Shown here piece by piece: positions 18,238-26,819 of a DNA stretch of 35,660 nucleotides (positions within the stretch are counted from its first letter, which is position 1; each line of letters starts with the position of its first letter). Made by a program: the position numbers and the translations under genes. Under the pieces are notes generated by a model, which was not told where the DNA came from, ran no database searches, and saw only the letters and a list, made by a program, of their open reading frames with translations. Origin of the DNA: Candidatus Cryptobacteroides sp. Its GTDB lineage: Bacteria; Bacteroidota; Bacteroidia; Bacteroidales; UBA932. The stretch spans positions 1 to 35,660 of the forward strand of contig JBJFDE010000047.1 of the NCBI GenBank assembly GCA_051889855.1. Direction: 5' to 3'.

Positions 18238-18768
18238 ATGAATATACAAGAAACAGGGATGTCCGGAACCATCAGGGTTCTGGACATTCTTGAAGAAACG
18301 ATGGCCGACGGACCGGGGCTGCGCACTTCTATCTATTGTGCGGGATGTGCACATCGTTGTCCCGGCTGTCATAACCCGCAGTCATGGGATTTCGCAGGCG
18401 GTAAGGAAATGTCCGTTGACCAGCTCCTCGAACTTATCCTGGATGATGAGTTCAGCAATGTCACTTTTTCCGGAGGAGATCCCTTGTATCAGGTTGAAGC
18501 ATTCACTGAACTCTCACGTAAAATTAAGGAAAGGTCCCCAAAGACCATCTGGTGCTATACAGGATTCACATACGAGGAGATTTTGGCCGATGAAAGATTG
18601 TCAATGATTCTGCCATATCTTGACGTGATTGTTGACGGGCCGTTCATAGAAGCTCTGAAAGACCCGGAATTGCTGTTCAGGGGAAGTTCCAATCAAAGAA
18701 TCATATATCTGAAAGGCAAGCCTGATGACAGTATTCCCGGCACTGTTGCACTTGTCCAGCCAAAATAG
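18238..18768 (+). CDS. nrdG: Anaerobic RNR activating radical SAM protein
   Basis: DGPGLR, CAHRCPGCHNP, TFSGGDP and FRGSSNQR; directly follows nrdD. Confidence 0.95.
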   Translation: MNIQETGMSGTIRVLDILEETMADGPGLRTSIYCAGCAHRCPGCHNPQSWDFAGGKEMSVDQLLELILDDEFSNVTFSGGDPLYQVEAFTELSRKIKERSPKTIWCYTGFTYEEILADERLSMILPYLDVIVDGPFIEALKDPELLFRGSSNQRIIYLKGKPDDSIPGTVALVQPK

Positions 18769-18793
18769 AAAGCTGTTTCAAAATCATCTCAGG

Positions 18794-20221
18794 TCAATGT
18801 TTCAGCTGGGATACAAAACGGTTTGAGGCTCCTGTCTCGGTAGTCCATTTGTCAAGATTACAATCGATACACCAGCCTCCGCCTAGAAGGACATACTCCA
18901 GCGAGGCAAGGAACAGATGCCCGTGTTCACACTCCCACTCGCACATCGTCCCTTCAAGATGGCGGACAAAATGTCCTCCACGAAAGGCTGCTGCACTTTC
19001 AAGTTCGTCATCGGTAAGTTCGTCCGGAGCCTTGCTCTCGTCCCAGCCGTGTTCCAGAAGATGCATCTGGCCGGCTGCTTTTGTGACATTCTTTTCAAAG
19101 TGAGGCGGAATGACGTCAGCCCAGCTGCGGATATTTTCGTATTCTTCCTTTGAACCATAATAAGCCTCGAGTTTCTCAGGGTCATTTTTGGCCCAGTACT
19201 GAGTGCCGAGCTGCTTGTCGTAGGCAAGTGGTTTCATGAACAGCTTTACGGCAAAGGCAGGAGCGAGGAAAGCGAGAGAGTAATACCATGGCAGTTTGGA
19301 TTTCATTCCCCGGAAATATTCATCTACTGGGATGTTAGCCCTGAAATGCAGATAATTTTCAAGCTCATCCGCATCCGTGTACCACATTCCATGGAAATTC
19401 CTTGTCGCAAACCACTGTGGTTCAAACACTTTCTCAGGCTTGGGCAGGCCGAGTGAGGTGAGCATCCTTGTCTCGAACTCATAATTGGTCATCCTGTATT
19501 GCTCACCGCTGCTAAGGTTGTAGAATCGATTCCAGAATTCATCCGGCACGTCATCCGAGCACACATTCGCAAGCACCCTTCCCGAATCTTCTATAGTCGC
19601 CCACTCAAGCATGCCAGCCACCGGCACATGAAAGGCGGTAGGATTCACCACCTTCAATATCCCGGGATAGAGGATTCCTGTCTGACGAATTGACACCCAA
19701 TGCTTTATCCCGGAATCAACGATTGCTTTCTCTGCCTTGCACTTTGATACGGAATACATGTCATACCTGCTTGCAAGAACCGGGTCCCCGGTACGTCCCC
19801 ACTGGAAAGGGGCACGGCGGTCGCCATATTGGGCAACGGAGCCGATATATACAACCTTGATATCATCGGCATTCGGCTGGGCAAGGACGGCCCTGGCCAC
19901 ATATTCAGACGACAATACATTGACTTTGAGCGTCTTTTCCGGATAATAGTCGGCGGCAGGGGACACCATTCCCCCCACATGAAGGACATAATCGGAGCCC
20001 TCCACACCCTTCAGGACATCATCATATACGGTAAGGTCTCCCCAAACGATGCTCACGGACGGGTCATCCAGATATGGTGACAACTTCTTTATATTCTTTT
20101 TGCTCTTTCGGGCAAGAATTCTGATATCGAACTCATCTTTGCGAGAGTATAGTTCCTTGAAACCGGCCCAGCCCATATTGCCTGTGGCACCGGTGAGAAA
20201 CACTGTTTTCTTTTTCTTCAT
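18794..20221 (-). CDS. NAD-dependent epimerase/dehydratase (extended SDR) with a C-terminal Zn-ribbon-like extension
   Basis: TGATGNMG, YxxxK (YSVSK) and C-terminal WECEHGH...GWCIDC. Confidence 0.85.
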   Translation of the reverse strand: MKKKKTVFLTGATGNMGWAGFKELYSRKDEFDIRILARKSKKNIKKLSPYLDDPSVSIVWGDLTVYDDVLKGVEGSDYVLHVGGMVSPAADYYPEKTLKVNVLSSEYVARAVLAQPNADDIKVVYIGSVAQYGDRRAPFQWGRTGDPVLASRYDMYSVSKCKAEKAIVDSGIKHWVSIRQTGILYPGILKVVNPTAFHVPVAGMLEWATIEDSGRVLANVCSDDVPDEFWNRFYNLSSGEQYRMTNYEFETRMLTSLGLPKPEKVFEPQWFATRNFHGMWYTDADELENYLHFRANIPVDEYFRGMKSKLPWYYSLAFLAPAFAVKLFMKPLAYDKQLGTQYWAKNDPEKLEAYYGSKEEYENIRSWADVIPPHFEKNVTKAAGQMHLLEHGWDESKAPDELTDDELESAAAFRGGHFVRHLEGTMCEWECEHGHLFLASLEYVLLGGGWCIDCNLDKWTTETGASNRFVSQLKH

Positions 20222-20233
20222 AAAACGAATAGT

Positions 20234-21421
20234 TTATCGGAGCCAGTTGAGAGGATTCTGAGGCTGGCTTCCTTGCCAGATTTCCAGATGCAGCCTCGTC
20301 TGGCCGTTCATAGTATCCACTACACCAATGGTCTGCCCGGTGGAGACCTTGTCTCCTGCCTTCACGGCAGTACTCTTCAGCCTGCAATAAAAAGAGAAAT
20401 AATTGCCATGCTGCACGATAACACAAATATTGTATCCCGGCTGAACCATTATCTGCTTCACAACTCCGTCAAATATGGATTTGACCTGAGTATCCTTGTC
20501 AAGAGCCACCTCAATTCCATTCTTCGGAGGCAGTTTGAGATTTTTGTAAACCGGGTGGAACCGCTGGCCGAAATAATCCACCACAGGGCCTTCTGCCGGC
20601 CACGGGAGCTTGCCTTTATTCTTGGCAAACTCTGTGGATAACTTGACCGCCTGAGGATCCGACTTGGATGACTTGCCGTCCTGCTTTTTCATATTCTGAG
20701 CCACCAGACGGGCAAGTTCCTTATTGAGGGCCTCAACCTCTTTCTTCTTTGAAGCAAGCTGGGCCTGATATTTCTTTTTGTCTCTGTTAAGCTGCCTGAC
20801 AACGGCGTTGGCTTCCGATTCCTCTGCCTTCAGGCGGTTCAGCTCCGAAGCACGTTCCTGTCGCACTTTCTGGGCATCGCTCCTGAGAGCATCCATGGTC
20901 TCCTTTTGCTTTTCAAGTTCATCCTTCGCCTGCTGAAGCCTGCGTGCATCTGCATTCATCTGGGTCGAAAGGTTCTTGAAATAGCTCACACGGCGGAACG
21001 CCTGGGCAATGTTGTCACTGGAAATAATATACATGTACCATAAACGGGTATCCCTGTTCTTGTAGGCCGACATGACAAGACGCGAATAGTGCTCCGAAAG
21101 AGTGTCCACCCTTGCCTGAAGGGCATCCATCTGCTTTTTTGCCTTGCTTATCATCGCATCATAGGTGCGGATTTCAGAGTCAGCCTCATCCAGAAGGGCT
21201 TTCCTGTTCTCGATTTTCTTGCGCAGGAGCTCAAGCTCCGAAAGCTTTGAACTGCTTTTGGAAGCATTGGCCGCTATCTGCTTGTCTATGATTGCGATTT
21301 CACGTTCAAGACGGGCTTTCTTGTCTTGGCTTGCCTTGACATTCTGGGCAGAAACCGAGGCAACTGAACAAAAAAGTGACAAAATTATGGTAAACAGTCT
21401 TTTCATCTGAGTTTTGATCAT
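20234..21421 (-). CDS. EnvC-like murein hydrolase activator (coiled coil plus degenerate M23 domain)
   Basis: Signal peptide, long coiled coil, KGKLPWP and VKAGDKV..GQTIG. M23 Zn ligands are degenerate (KNGIE, FYCRL, LHLEI). Confidence 0.85.
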   Translation of the reverse strand: MIKTQMKRLFTIILSLFCSVASVSAQNVKASQDKKARLEREIAIIDKQIAANASKSSSKLSELELLRKKIENRKALLDEADSEIRTYDAMISKAKKQMDALQARVDTLSEHYSRLVMSAYKNRDTRLWYMYIISSDNIAQAFRRVSYFKNLSTQMNADARRLQQAKDELEKQKETMDALRSDAQKVRQERASELNRLKAEESEANAVVRQLNRDKKKYQAQLASKKKEVEALNKELARLVAQNMKKQDGKSSKSDPQAVKLSTEFAKNKGKLPWPAEGPVVDYFGQRFHPVYKNLKLPPKNGIEVALDKDTQVKSIFDGVVKQIMVQPGYNICVIVQHGNYFSFYCRLKSTAVKAGDKVSTGQTIGVVDTMNGQTRLHLEIWQGSQPQNPLNWLR

Positions 21422-23136
21422 TTATTGACGGCTAGTTTTCTCTGACTGATTCTTTCTTCCAGGTCAGGGATGGAACCGTCGTTCTTCTGCATGGCAAGAT
21501 TCCAGTAAACAAACGCCAGGTCATATTCTTTCAGGGCATACAGAACCTCGGCATAGTGGTCCATGACAACCGCGCTTTCCTTCCCGCCGTAAAGCATGGC
21601 GTGCTTGAAGAAAGGCTTGGCTTCCAGAGCTTTGCCCTGAAGAAACAGAATCCATCCGAAAGTATCCAGATAGGTGGAGTTGTCCGGTTCGGCCTCAACG
21701 GTCTTCTTGCTCATATTGTATGCTTTCTTGAGATTCTTGCCCTCCATGCTGAGGTAATATGCATAGTTGTTCAGGACATAGACATAGTCCGGATTTATCT
21801 TCAATGCCTTTTCATAAGCCTTATATGCCTTTTTGGAATCGCCCTTCTGATGGTATATGTCTCCGGCAGTGGACCATGCCCTCAATGTGGCAGAACTGTC
21901 ATTCGGAGCCTTTTCCAGCACAGTATTGCATATTTCAAGAACCTTGTCATATTCTTTCAGATTATAATCGCCCACACTGGCCATTTCAAGGAAAACGGTC
22001 TCGGCGGGGAAACGTTCGAAGGCTTTGCGTCCCTGTTCGGAGAGTTCCTCCCATTGCTGTGCATACATCAGATATTCAATATATTCAGCATTTATGTTAT
22101 AACTGTCCGGCCAAAGGTCCTTGTTAAGAGAAAAGAAAGCTCCTGCCTTCTGCTTACGGTCTGTCGAGTAATAATATACGGCCGATGTCCTGAGGATGGT
22201 GCTGTCAGTTGGGTGCACCTGAAGGAGGCTGTTCATCACTGTATCCATCTGCGGGCCGAATGTCTGGAGGAATTTGGGATCCGAATGATGGACTATCGCC
22301 ATGATATAATCACTTTTGCCTGCGGCGGGATAGTCATCGAGAGTGGCAATTTGGTTGAGGACATTGAAAAATTTGTCATATTTTCTGGTCATCCTCAATG
22401 TCTCAGCCTTTCCAAGAATGGCCGGAACATAATTCGGGGCAATGTCCAGAGCCTCATCGTAGTAGGCAAGGGCGGTGGAATCGTTGTACATCGACATTTG
22501 CCATTCGGCGAGAGTCGAAAGTACGAAAGGTGACGAGTATTCCTTGTTGAACTCTTCAAGACAGGCAAAGGCTTCGTCATTTTTCTGGAGCTTACGCAGG
22601 AGATTGAATCGGAATACGGTCGTGGATTCATTCTTGCCGAATATTGTCTCCACCTGGTCCAGAGTTTCAAGAGCTTTCTGGTATTCTCCCTGTGAGGAGT
22701 ACAGTTCAACCATGTCAAAATACAACTCACTTTTGCGCGGAAAGTCTTCAACCAGTTTTTCATAAAGGCTGATGGTAAGTTCCTCCCTCGAGGTCAGACC
22801 GTATAGATTTGCCAGACGATAGCGGTACCAGAAATTTTTCGGGTCAGCTTCCGCTGCACGGGAAAGATACTCTTCAGCCTTTTTGGCATCTCCTTTGCCA
22901 AGGTATGAAAGCGAAAGATAATAGCAGGCGGCATCATTTGAAGGGTCCGCCTCAACGACTGATTCCAAAAGTCTTATGGCTCCGTCAAAATCCCTCTCGT
23001 TATACTTGTTAACAGCATCCAGTACGATGTTCTCGATTATTGCCGGCTTTGGAAATGACTGTGAATACAAACAAGTTCCAAAATCCGCCAAAAGAGCTAC
23101 AAGGCATACAGACAATATCTTTATTATCGGTTTCAT
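21418..23136 (-). CDS. Large exported TPR-repeat protein
   Basis: Many TPRs, including LNNYAYYL and EPDNSTYLDTFGWILF. ATGA overlap with the EnvC-like gene. TAAATTTG -7 element at 23163-23170. Confidence 0.9.
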   Translation of the reverse strand: MKPIIKILSVCLVALLADFGTCLYSQSFPKPAIIENIVLDAVNKYNERDFDGAIRLLESVVEADPSNDAACYYLSLSYLGKGDAKKAEEYLSRAAEADPKNFWYRYRLANLYGLTSREELTISLYEKLVEDFPRKSELYFDMVELYSSQGEYQKALETLDQVETIFGKNESTTVFRFNLLRKLQKNDEAFACLEEFNKEYSSPFVLSTLAEWQMSMYNDSTALAYYDEALDIAPNYVPAILGKAETLRMTRKYDKFFNVLNQIATLDDYPAAGKSDYIMAIVHHSDPKFLQTFGPQMDTVMNSLLQVHPTDSTILRTSAVYYYSTDRKQKAGAFFSLNKDLWPDSYNINAEYIEYLMYAQQWEELSEQGRKAFERFPAETVFLEMASVGDYNLKEYDKVLEICNTVLEKAPNDSSATLRAWSTAGDIYHQKGDSKKAYKAYEKALKINPDYVYVLNNYAYYLSMEGKNLKKAYNMSKKTVEAEPDNSTYLDTFGWILFLQGKALEAKPFFKHAMLYGGKESAVVMDHYAEVLYALKEYDLAFVYWNLAMQKNDGSIPDLEERISQRKLAVNK

Positions 23137-23275
23137 CTATCAGATTTATAAGACTAAAGTTTCAAATTTACACAGAATTTTTGGTACTGCAAATGCAAGG
23201 CCATGACAAAATCACACAAAAATAATACGCATATTCCGTAACAATTGCATAAATTTGGGAAATTTGACATCATGA

Positions 23276-23303
23276 TGCAACATTAATGGCCCGTGCTGCA
23301 TCT
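23276..23303 (+). promoter_or_regulatory. Putative ECF-type (autoregulatory) promoter
   Basis: TGCAAC-N17-CATCT about 50 nt upstream of the ECF gene. A sigma70-type TAAATTTG lies at 23250-23257. Confidence 0.45.
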
Positions 23304-23354
23304 TTTCTCAGATTCGTTAATAATGGGAATTGAAACTGGGCCAATTTTGTAACC

Positions 23355-23897
23355 GTGGCTGAACTCTTTGACTCTCAGTTGATTGACGCCTGCAAAAAAG
23401 GAGACCGGGCTTCCCAGAAGATCTTGTTTGATCGTCTGGCTCCCCGTATGTTCCCTCTTTGCATAAGATATGTCAAGGACAGGGCTCTGGCAGAAGACAT
23501 TCTGCAGGACGGTTTCATCACATTGTTTACCCGGATCGACACATATAAGGCAGACGGCTCTTTTGAGGGATGGGCAAGGAGGATTTTCGTGACGACGGCA
23601 CTCATGTCCCTCAGGAAGAAAGACGCACTGAAGATGAGCGATGAACTTGAAACTGCCCGGGGGATGAAGGCCGAAACCGTATCACAGATGCAGAATATCG
23701 GCTATAAGGAGTTGATGGAGTTGGTGATGGCACTGCCAGCCGGATTCAGGACAGTTTTCAACATGTACGCAATAGAAGGGTATTCCCACAAAGAAATTGC
23801 ACAGATGCTTGGCATCACGGAAACGACTTCAAGAACTCAGTTCAGCAGGGCGAGGGCATGGCTGCAGAACAAAATCAAGGAAAGAGAAAATGGTTGA
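23355..23897 (+). CDS. ECF RNA polymerase sigma factor
   Basis: GTG start. Region 2 AEDILQDGF..GSFEGWARRI and region 4 LPAGFRTVFNMYAIEGYSHKEIAQML. Confidence 0.95.
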   Translation: MAELFDSQLIDACKKGDRASQKILFDRLAPRMFPLCIRYVKDRALAEDILQDGFITLFTRIDTYKADGSFEGWARRIFVTTALMSLRKKDALKMSDELETARGMKAETVSQMQNIGYKELMELVMALPAGFRTVFNMYAIEGYSHKEIAQMLGITETTSRTQFSRARAWLQNKIKERENG

Positions 23898-25167
23898 TTA
23901 CGACAATAAATTTGACCAGATAATCAAGTCCATCCTGGAAGAAGGACAGGAAGAAGTTCCTGCCGGTATCTGGGAGGGGGTTTCGTCTGGAATAGATAAG
24001 ATAGAGCGACGCAAGAAAGTGCTGGTCATCTTCAGAAGAACAGCAATCGGAGCAGCAGTCGCAGCATCCCTTATCCTGGGATTCATGTTCGTCTTTGTTG
24101 ACAATAAGATTGTACCAGAGGATGAGGATATGATTGCACTGGTTTCCCCTTCCACCCAGGAAAATATTGAACAAACTTCTGATTCTCAGCTCATTGCCAT
24201 GGCTGAAATACCTGAAGTCAATATCGGCAAAGAATCATCGGCAAGGGCGGCATCTTCAACAACGGCAACATCGGCAACGGCAACATCGGCAACGGCATCG
24301 GCAACATCGGCAACGGTTACAACAGGAACGGAATCTTCCGAAACCACGGCTACTTCGGCCGCATCCGACGGCATCTTAACAACTGAAATCATTGATCAGC
24401 CTGAGCAAACGTCTGATTCTGAGGATATTGCACAACCGGTAAAGGACAATGAAGCTCCATCTTCCGACAAATACGACAGAATCATCTGGGAACAAGACGA
24501 ACCTAAGGAAAAGAATAAAGTCAAGGCTGCCATAGAGATTTCAAGTCTTGCCGGCACCAACAGCACCAATCCGAAAACTCGGTTCGGTCTGATGAAACGC
24601 CCGTCACTTCCTTCTTCCGAAGTATCCACCGGCATCACAGAGAACAGCACTGGAAGCACATTCGGAATCCCGGTTTCTTTCGGACTGGGAGTAAGATTTG
24701 ACCTGACACCGAGGTGGTCCGTTTCCACGGGAGTCAGATACAGCTTGCTTGAGAGGAAGTTTTACGGAACATACACCCTGGTCGATGAGGACGGCAACAT
24801 TGCCAAGAGCGAATCATCCGACATCCGCAACAGCCAGCACTATTTCGGAATCCCTGTCAACGTTGCATTCAACATCATCAACAAAGACTATCTGCGCTTC
24901 TATGCCTATGCCGGAGGTGCCGTGGAAAAATGCCTTGCTGATAAATACAATGTACTCAGCAGCAATACAATACACACGGAAAACGTCAAAGGTGCCCAGC
25001 TCTCCGTGAATATTGGAGCAGGTGTTGAATTCCTTGCAGGCAAGCACCTCGGCATCTATCTGGATCCAAGCCTGAGATATTATTTCAACAACGGGCAACC
25101 TACCAGCATCAGAACAGTCAGACCGTTGATGCTGGGTTTTGAGGCAGGTTTGAGGTTCAGGCTCTAA
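23890..25167 (+). CDS. Putative anti-sigma factor with TM helix, low-complexity linker and C-terminal outer-membrane beta-barrel (PorT-like)
   Basis: Start overlaps the sigma gene end. EEVPAGIWEGV anti-sigma-type motif, TM AVAASLILGFMF, Ser/Thr/Ala-rich linker, amphipathic beta strands ending GLRFRL. Confidence 0.85.
   Translation: MVDYDNKFDQIIKSILEEGQEEVPAGIWEGVSSGIDKIERRKKVLVIFRRTAIGAAVAASLILGFMFVFVDNKIVPEDEDMIALVSPSTQENIEQTSDSQLIAMAEIPEVNIGKESSARAASSTTATSATATSATASATSATVTTGTESSETTATSAASDGILTTEIIDQPEQTSDSEDIAQPVKDNEAPSSDKYDRIIWEQDEPKEKNKVKAAIEISSLAGTNSTNPKTRFGLMKRPSLPSSEVSTGITENSTGSTFGIPVSFGLGVRFDLTPRWSVSTGVRYSLLERKFYGTYTLVDEDGNIAKSESSDIRNSQHYFGIPVNVAFNIINKDYLRFYAYAGGAVEKCLADKYNVLSSNTIHTENVKGAQLSVNIGAGVEFLAGKHLGIYLDPSLRYYFNNGQPTSIRTVRPLMLGFEAGLRFRL
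24260..24316 (+). repeat. In-frame tandem repeat encoding TATSA units
   Basis: CAACGGCAACATCGG x2 followed by shortened copies (CAACGGCATCGG, CAACATCGG, CAACGG). Confidence 0.85.
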
Positions 25168-25919
25168 CCCCGGCCTTCGATAATATTCCTTGCGAGAGTG
25201 TTCGAGCAGACGAAATCCCTCAACTCCTTGCAATCGGTGTGAAGGATTGTATTTTTGTCTCCCTGCCACAACATCGACCCCTGATAGATGAATCCGATTT
25301 TGTCGCCCATTTCAAGGATTGAGTTCATGTCGTGGGTATTGATTACGGTAGTCATGTTGAACTCCTTTGTCAAATCACTTATCAGCCTGTCTATCAAGAT
25401 TGAAGTATAGGGATCCAGACCTGAATTCGGTTCATCACAGAAAAGATACTGCGGATTCAGGGCAATGGCTCTTGCTATGCCGACCCTTTTCTGCATACCG
25501 CCGCTGAGCTCATTAGGATATTTGTCATCGGAACCTGTCACATGCACTTTGTCAAGAAAATATCGGGCTCTTTCTTTCTTTTCAGAAACTGACCAGTCCG
25601 TGAAGAAATCCATCGGAAACATGACATTTTCAAGTACGGTGGCAAAATCGAATAGTGCGCTCCCCTGAAAAAGGATTCCGATTCTCTGTCTCAATGACTT
25701 TTTCTCATAATAGGACATTTCGGACAATTTCTTGTCGCCATAGCAGATGTCACCGCTGTCAGGCTCAAGAAGTCCTATGAGGTTTTTCAAAAGCACCGTC
25801 TTGCCGGAACCGCTGGCACCGATAATCATATTGCATTTCCCGGGCTCATACTGGACATTGATATTCTTCAATACCTGAACCCCGTCAAAACTTTTATTGA
25901 GATTTTCTACCTTGATCAT
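25164..25919 (-). CDS. mlaF: ABC transporter ATP-binding protein, MlaF/Mkl family
   Basis: GASGSGKT, LFQGSALFD, LSGGMQKRVGIARA, DEPNSGLDP and THD. Confidence 0.88.
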   Translation of the reverse strand: MIKVENLNKSFDGVQVLKNINVQYEPGKCNMIIGASGSGKTVLLKNLIGLLEPDSGDICYGDKKLSEMSYYEKKSLRQRIGILFQGSALFDFATVLENVMFPMDFFTDWSVSEKKERARYFLDKVHVTGSDDKYPNELSGGMQKRVGIARAIALNPQYLFCDEPNSGLDPYTSILIDRLISDLTKEFNMTTVINTHDMNSILEMGDKIGFIYQGSMLWQGDKNTILHTDCKELRDFVCSNTLARNIIEGRG

Positions 25920-25944
25920 AATTTGTCTGTTTGGATCGATTACG

Positions 25945-26691
25945 TCAATAGAGCATCAATTGCGTAACGATGAGGTCCGACATCAATATCAGAATGCTGG
26001 TTATCACTATGGACTTAGTGCTGGAATGTCCCACTCCAAGTGAACCTCCATGTGCATAATATCCGTTGAATGCCGCAATGGAAGCTATCATGAAGCAGAA
26101 CAGTGACATCTTGAAGCCACCGTAAAACACATAGAATCCGTTCCAGAAGGATTTGATTCCGGTGATATATGAAGCTGTTGGAATAATCTGCGTAACATCG
26201 ACCACGAACCAGCCTCCAAGCAGTCCCAAAGCAAAGCTCATCAACATCAAAAGCGGACTTAAAACGGTGACAGACACCACTTTGGGCAAAACCAGAAAGC
26301 CAGCGGAATTGATGCCCATCATGTCCATGGCATCAATTTGTTCGGTAATCCTCATGCTGCCTATCTCTGAGGCTATGTTCGAGCCCATCTTGCCTGCAAG
26401 AATGAGCGCCACCATGGTGGAGCAGAATTCAAGAATGAGACTTTCCCTTACCATGTATCCGATATACATCTTGTCAATTATCGGATTTTCAAGATTGGAA
26501 GCAGTCTGTATTACAAGCACTCCGCCTATGAATATGGAAATAACGCCGACAATCAGTATGGATGACATTATAAGTTTATCGGTTTCCTTTATGAATTGTC
26601 TCCAGAAAATGCTCCATTTTTCAGGTTTCCGGAAAACCATCTTTAAAAAAAGGAAATATCGTCCGACCGCTTCTATAGATTTTTTTAACAT
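25945..26691 (-). CDS. mlaE: ABC transporter permease, MlaE family
   Basis: AGKMGSNIASEIGSMRITEQIDAM and GVGHSST. ATG 26691 follows TAAATTTG at 26716-26723. Confidence 0.9.
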   Translation of the reverse strand: MLKKSIEAVGRYFLFLKMVFRKPEKWSIFWRQFIKETDKLIMSSILIVGVISIFIGGVLVIQTASNLENPIIDKMYIGYMVRESLILEFCSTMVALILAGKMGSNIASEIGSMRITEQIDAMDMMGINSAGFLVLPKVVSVTVLSPLLMLMSFALGLLGGWFVVDVTQIIPTASYITGIKSFWNGFYVFYGGFKMSLFCFMIASIAAFNGYYAHGGSLGVGHSSTKSIVITSILILMSDLIVTQLMLY

Positions 26692-26819
26692 GCTGTCAAA
26701 TTTATTTATCAGTCGCAAATTTATCACATTTTTCTGTTTTTAGCAGTCCTTTTGGTCGGATAAACCGATATTTGGCCCGTTATATCATTTTTGTAACCAT
26801 CTGGAAAACCGGTAAAACC

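Noticed and set aside
21556-22533. 325-aa plus-strand ORF
   Set aside because: It is antisense to the TPR gene, with no promoter or protein-like features; a shadow ORF.
25164-26691. mlaEF without mlaD as a defective transporter
   Set aside because: Both genes are intact, and the MCE/MlaD gene is often encoded separately in Bacteroidota.
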